Source: Emticicia sp.
GTDB taxonomy: Bacteria > Bacteroidota > Bacteroidia > Cytophagales > Spirosomataceae
Direction of reading: 5' to 3'
Length of the DNA stretch: 60,418 nucleotides
NCBI GenBank assembly: GCA_031378715.1
Contig: JANNEN010000183.1
Coordinates: forward strand, 1-60,418
Of the stretch, positions 59,164 through 60,418 are shown piece by piece. The stretch's first letter is position 1, and each line of letters starts with the position of its first letter. Below the pieces are notes generated by a model that made no database searches, had not been told where the DNA came from, and saw nothing but the letters and a program-made list of their open reading frames with translations. Made by a program: the position numbers and the translations under genes.

Positions 59164-60418
59164 TCAAGCCATTAACCCCGAAATAACATTTCCTGCCACG
59201 TCGGTTAGTCTATATCTTCTGCCCAAATGCTTGTAGGTGAGTTGTTCGTGGTTGAGTCCCATGAGGTGCATAATGGTTGCATGAAAATCATGAATATGCA
59301 CGGGGTCTTTGATGATATTATACCCAAATTCGTCGGTTTCGCCCCAAACGATGCCAGGTTTTACGCCCCCGCCCGCCATCCAGATACTATACGCCCGTGG
59401 GTGGTGGTCACGCCCGTAATTATCTTTCGTAAAAGTGCCTTGGCAGTAGTTGCTTCGGCCAAATTCTCCGCCCCAAATTACGAGTGTTTCGTCCAAAAGT
59501 CCCCGTTGTTTTAGATCGGTGATGAGTGCTGCCGAAGCCCGATCAACGTCTTGGGCTTGGAGAGGCATTTCGTTGGGAAGGTTTCCGTGCTGATCCCAGC
59601 CTTGGTGGTAAAGTTGCACAAATCTCACGCCCGACTCGGAGAGTTTTCGAGCCAAAAGGGCATTGGCAGCATACGTACCAGGCACCAAGCACTCGGGGCC
59701 GTACATCTTTATTATATGGTCGGGTTCTTTCGACAGGTCGGTGAGTTCGGGTACGGCCGTTTGCATTCGGTACGCCATTTCGTACTGCTGTACTTTGGCT
59801 TGCACTTCGGGGTCGCCGTTTTCGTCAAAACCCAAGTGATTGAGTTCCGCCAGTTTATCTAACATTCTTCGGCGAGCCGCTTTGTCGGTGCCTTCGGGGT
59901 CGTTGAGGTATAAAATCGGGTCTTCGCCACTGCTAAATACCACGCCTTGGTGGGTCGAATCTAAGAAGCCGTTTGTCCAAAGTTTTGAGTAAACGCCTTG
60001 CCCATTGCCCCGCCCACGAGAAAGCAACACGCAAAATGCGGGCAAATTTTTGTTTTCGCTACCCAAACCATAGCTCGCCCACGCTCCCATACTCGGACGA
60101 TTACCGACTTGGGCTCCCGTTTGCAGGAAAGTCAGAGCGGGGTCGTGGTTGATGGCATCGGTATTCATGGTTTTGATGATGCAGAGGTCATCAACGATTT
60201 TGGCCATATTCGGGAATAAGTCACTCACCCACGCCCCCGACTGCCCGTATTGCTTAAAATCAAAAAACGAACCCATCAACGGAAACTTGGTTTGGTTGGA
60301 AGTCATGCCCGTGAGTCGCTGCCCGTTTCGGATTGATGCTGGCAAATCCTGCCCCATCATCTTGGTAAGCGTCGGTTTATAATCAAAAGTTTCGAGTTGC
60401 GAGGGGGCTCCATTCTGA
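59164..60418 (-). CDS. DUF1501 domain protein (5' end outside window)
   Basis: GAPSQLETFDYKP, AINHDPA, RPSMGAW, GVRFVQLYHQGWDQH, WGGEFGR, GRDHHP. Confidence 0.9.
   Translation of the reverse strand, partial: QNGAPSQLETFDYKPTLTKMMGQDLPASIRNGQRLTGMTSNQTKFPLMGSFFDFKQYGQSGAWVSDLFPNMAKIVDDLCIIKTMNTDAINHDPALTFLQTGAQVGNRPSMGAWASYGLGSENKNLPAFCVLLSRGRGNGQGVYSKLWTNGFLDSTHQGVVFSSGEDPILYLNDPEGTDKAARRRMLDKLAELNHLGFDENGDPEVQAKVQQYEMAYRMQTAVPELTDLSKEPDHIIKMYGPECLVPGTYAANALLARKLSESGVRFVQLYHQGWDQHGNLPNEMPLQAQDVDRASAALITDLKQRGLLDETLVIWGGEFGRSNYCQGTFTKDNYGRDHHPRAYSIWMAGGGVKPGIVWGETDEFGYNIIKDPVHIHDFHATIMHLMGLNHEQLTYKHLGRRYRLTDVAGNVISGLMA

Overview
A 60.4 kb AT-rich chromosomal window from a Bacteroidota bacterium, most likely Cytophagales, Spirosomataceae/Emticicia-like. 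The evidence is gldJ, TAnnTTTG -7 promoters, a stand-alone atpD-atpC pair, DUF2795 and a 3-coathanger-type C-terminus. It appears to be the origin region. A parS pair lies upstream of mnmG (10602-10656), and a DnaA-box-rich oriC candidate with a tandem-box/GC/trio/AT-rich unwinding module lies at 14219-14694; no dnaA or parAB gene is in the window. Most genes are housekeeping or envelope genes (mfd, gldJ, xth, mnmG, accD, murE, gcvT, der, atpD, atpC, anmK, psd, argD). The most notable observations: (1) two oppositely oriented triple DnaA-box clusters hidden inside a peptidase/MORN gene 2-3 kb from oriC; (2) a strand-composition switch that appears centred on parS rather than oriC; (3) a GH78 rhamnosidase-like protein with its catalytic barrel excised in frame; (4) several REP-like repeat families, one translated in frame within two unrelated proteins; (5) two gene-decay scars. 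No CRISPR array, rRNA, tRNA, transposase or integrase was recognised. All calls are by eye, without database searches.
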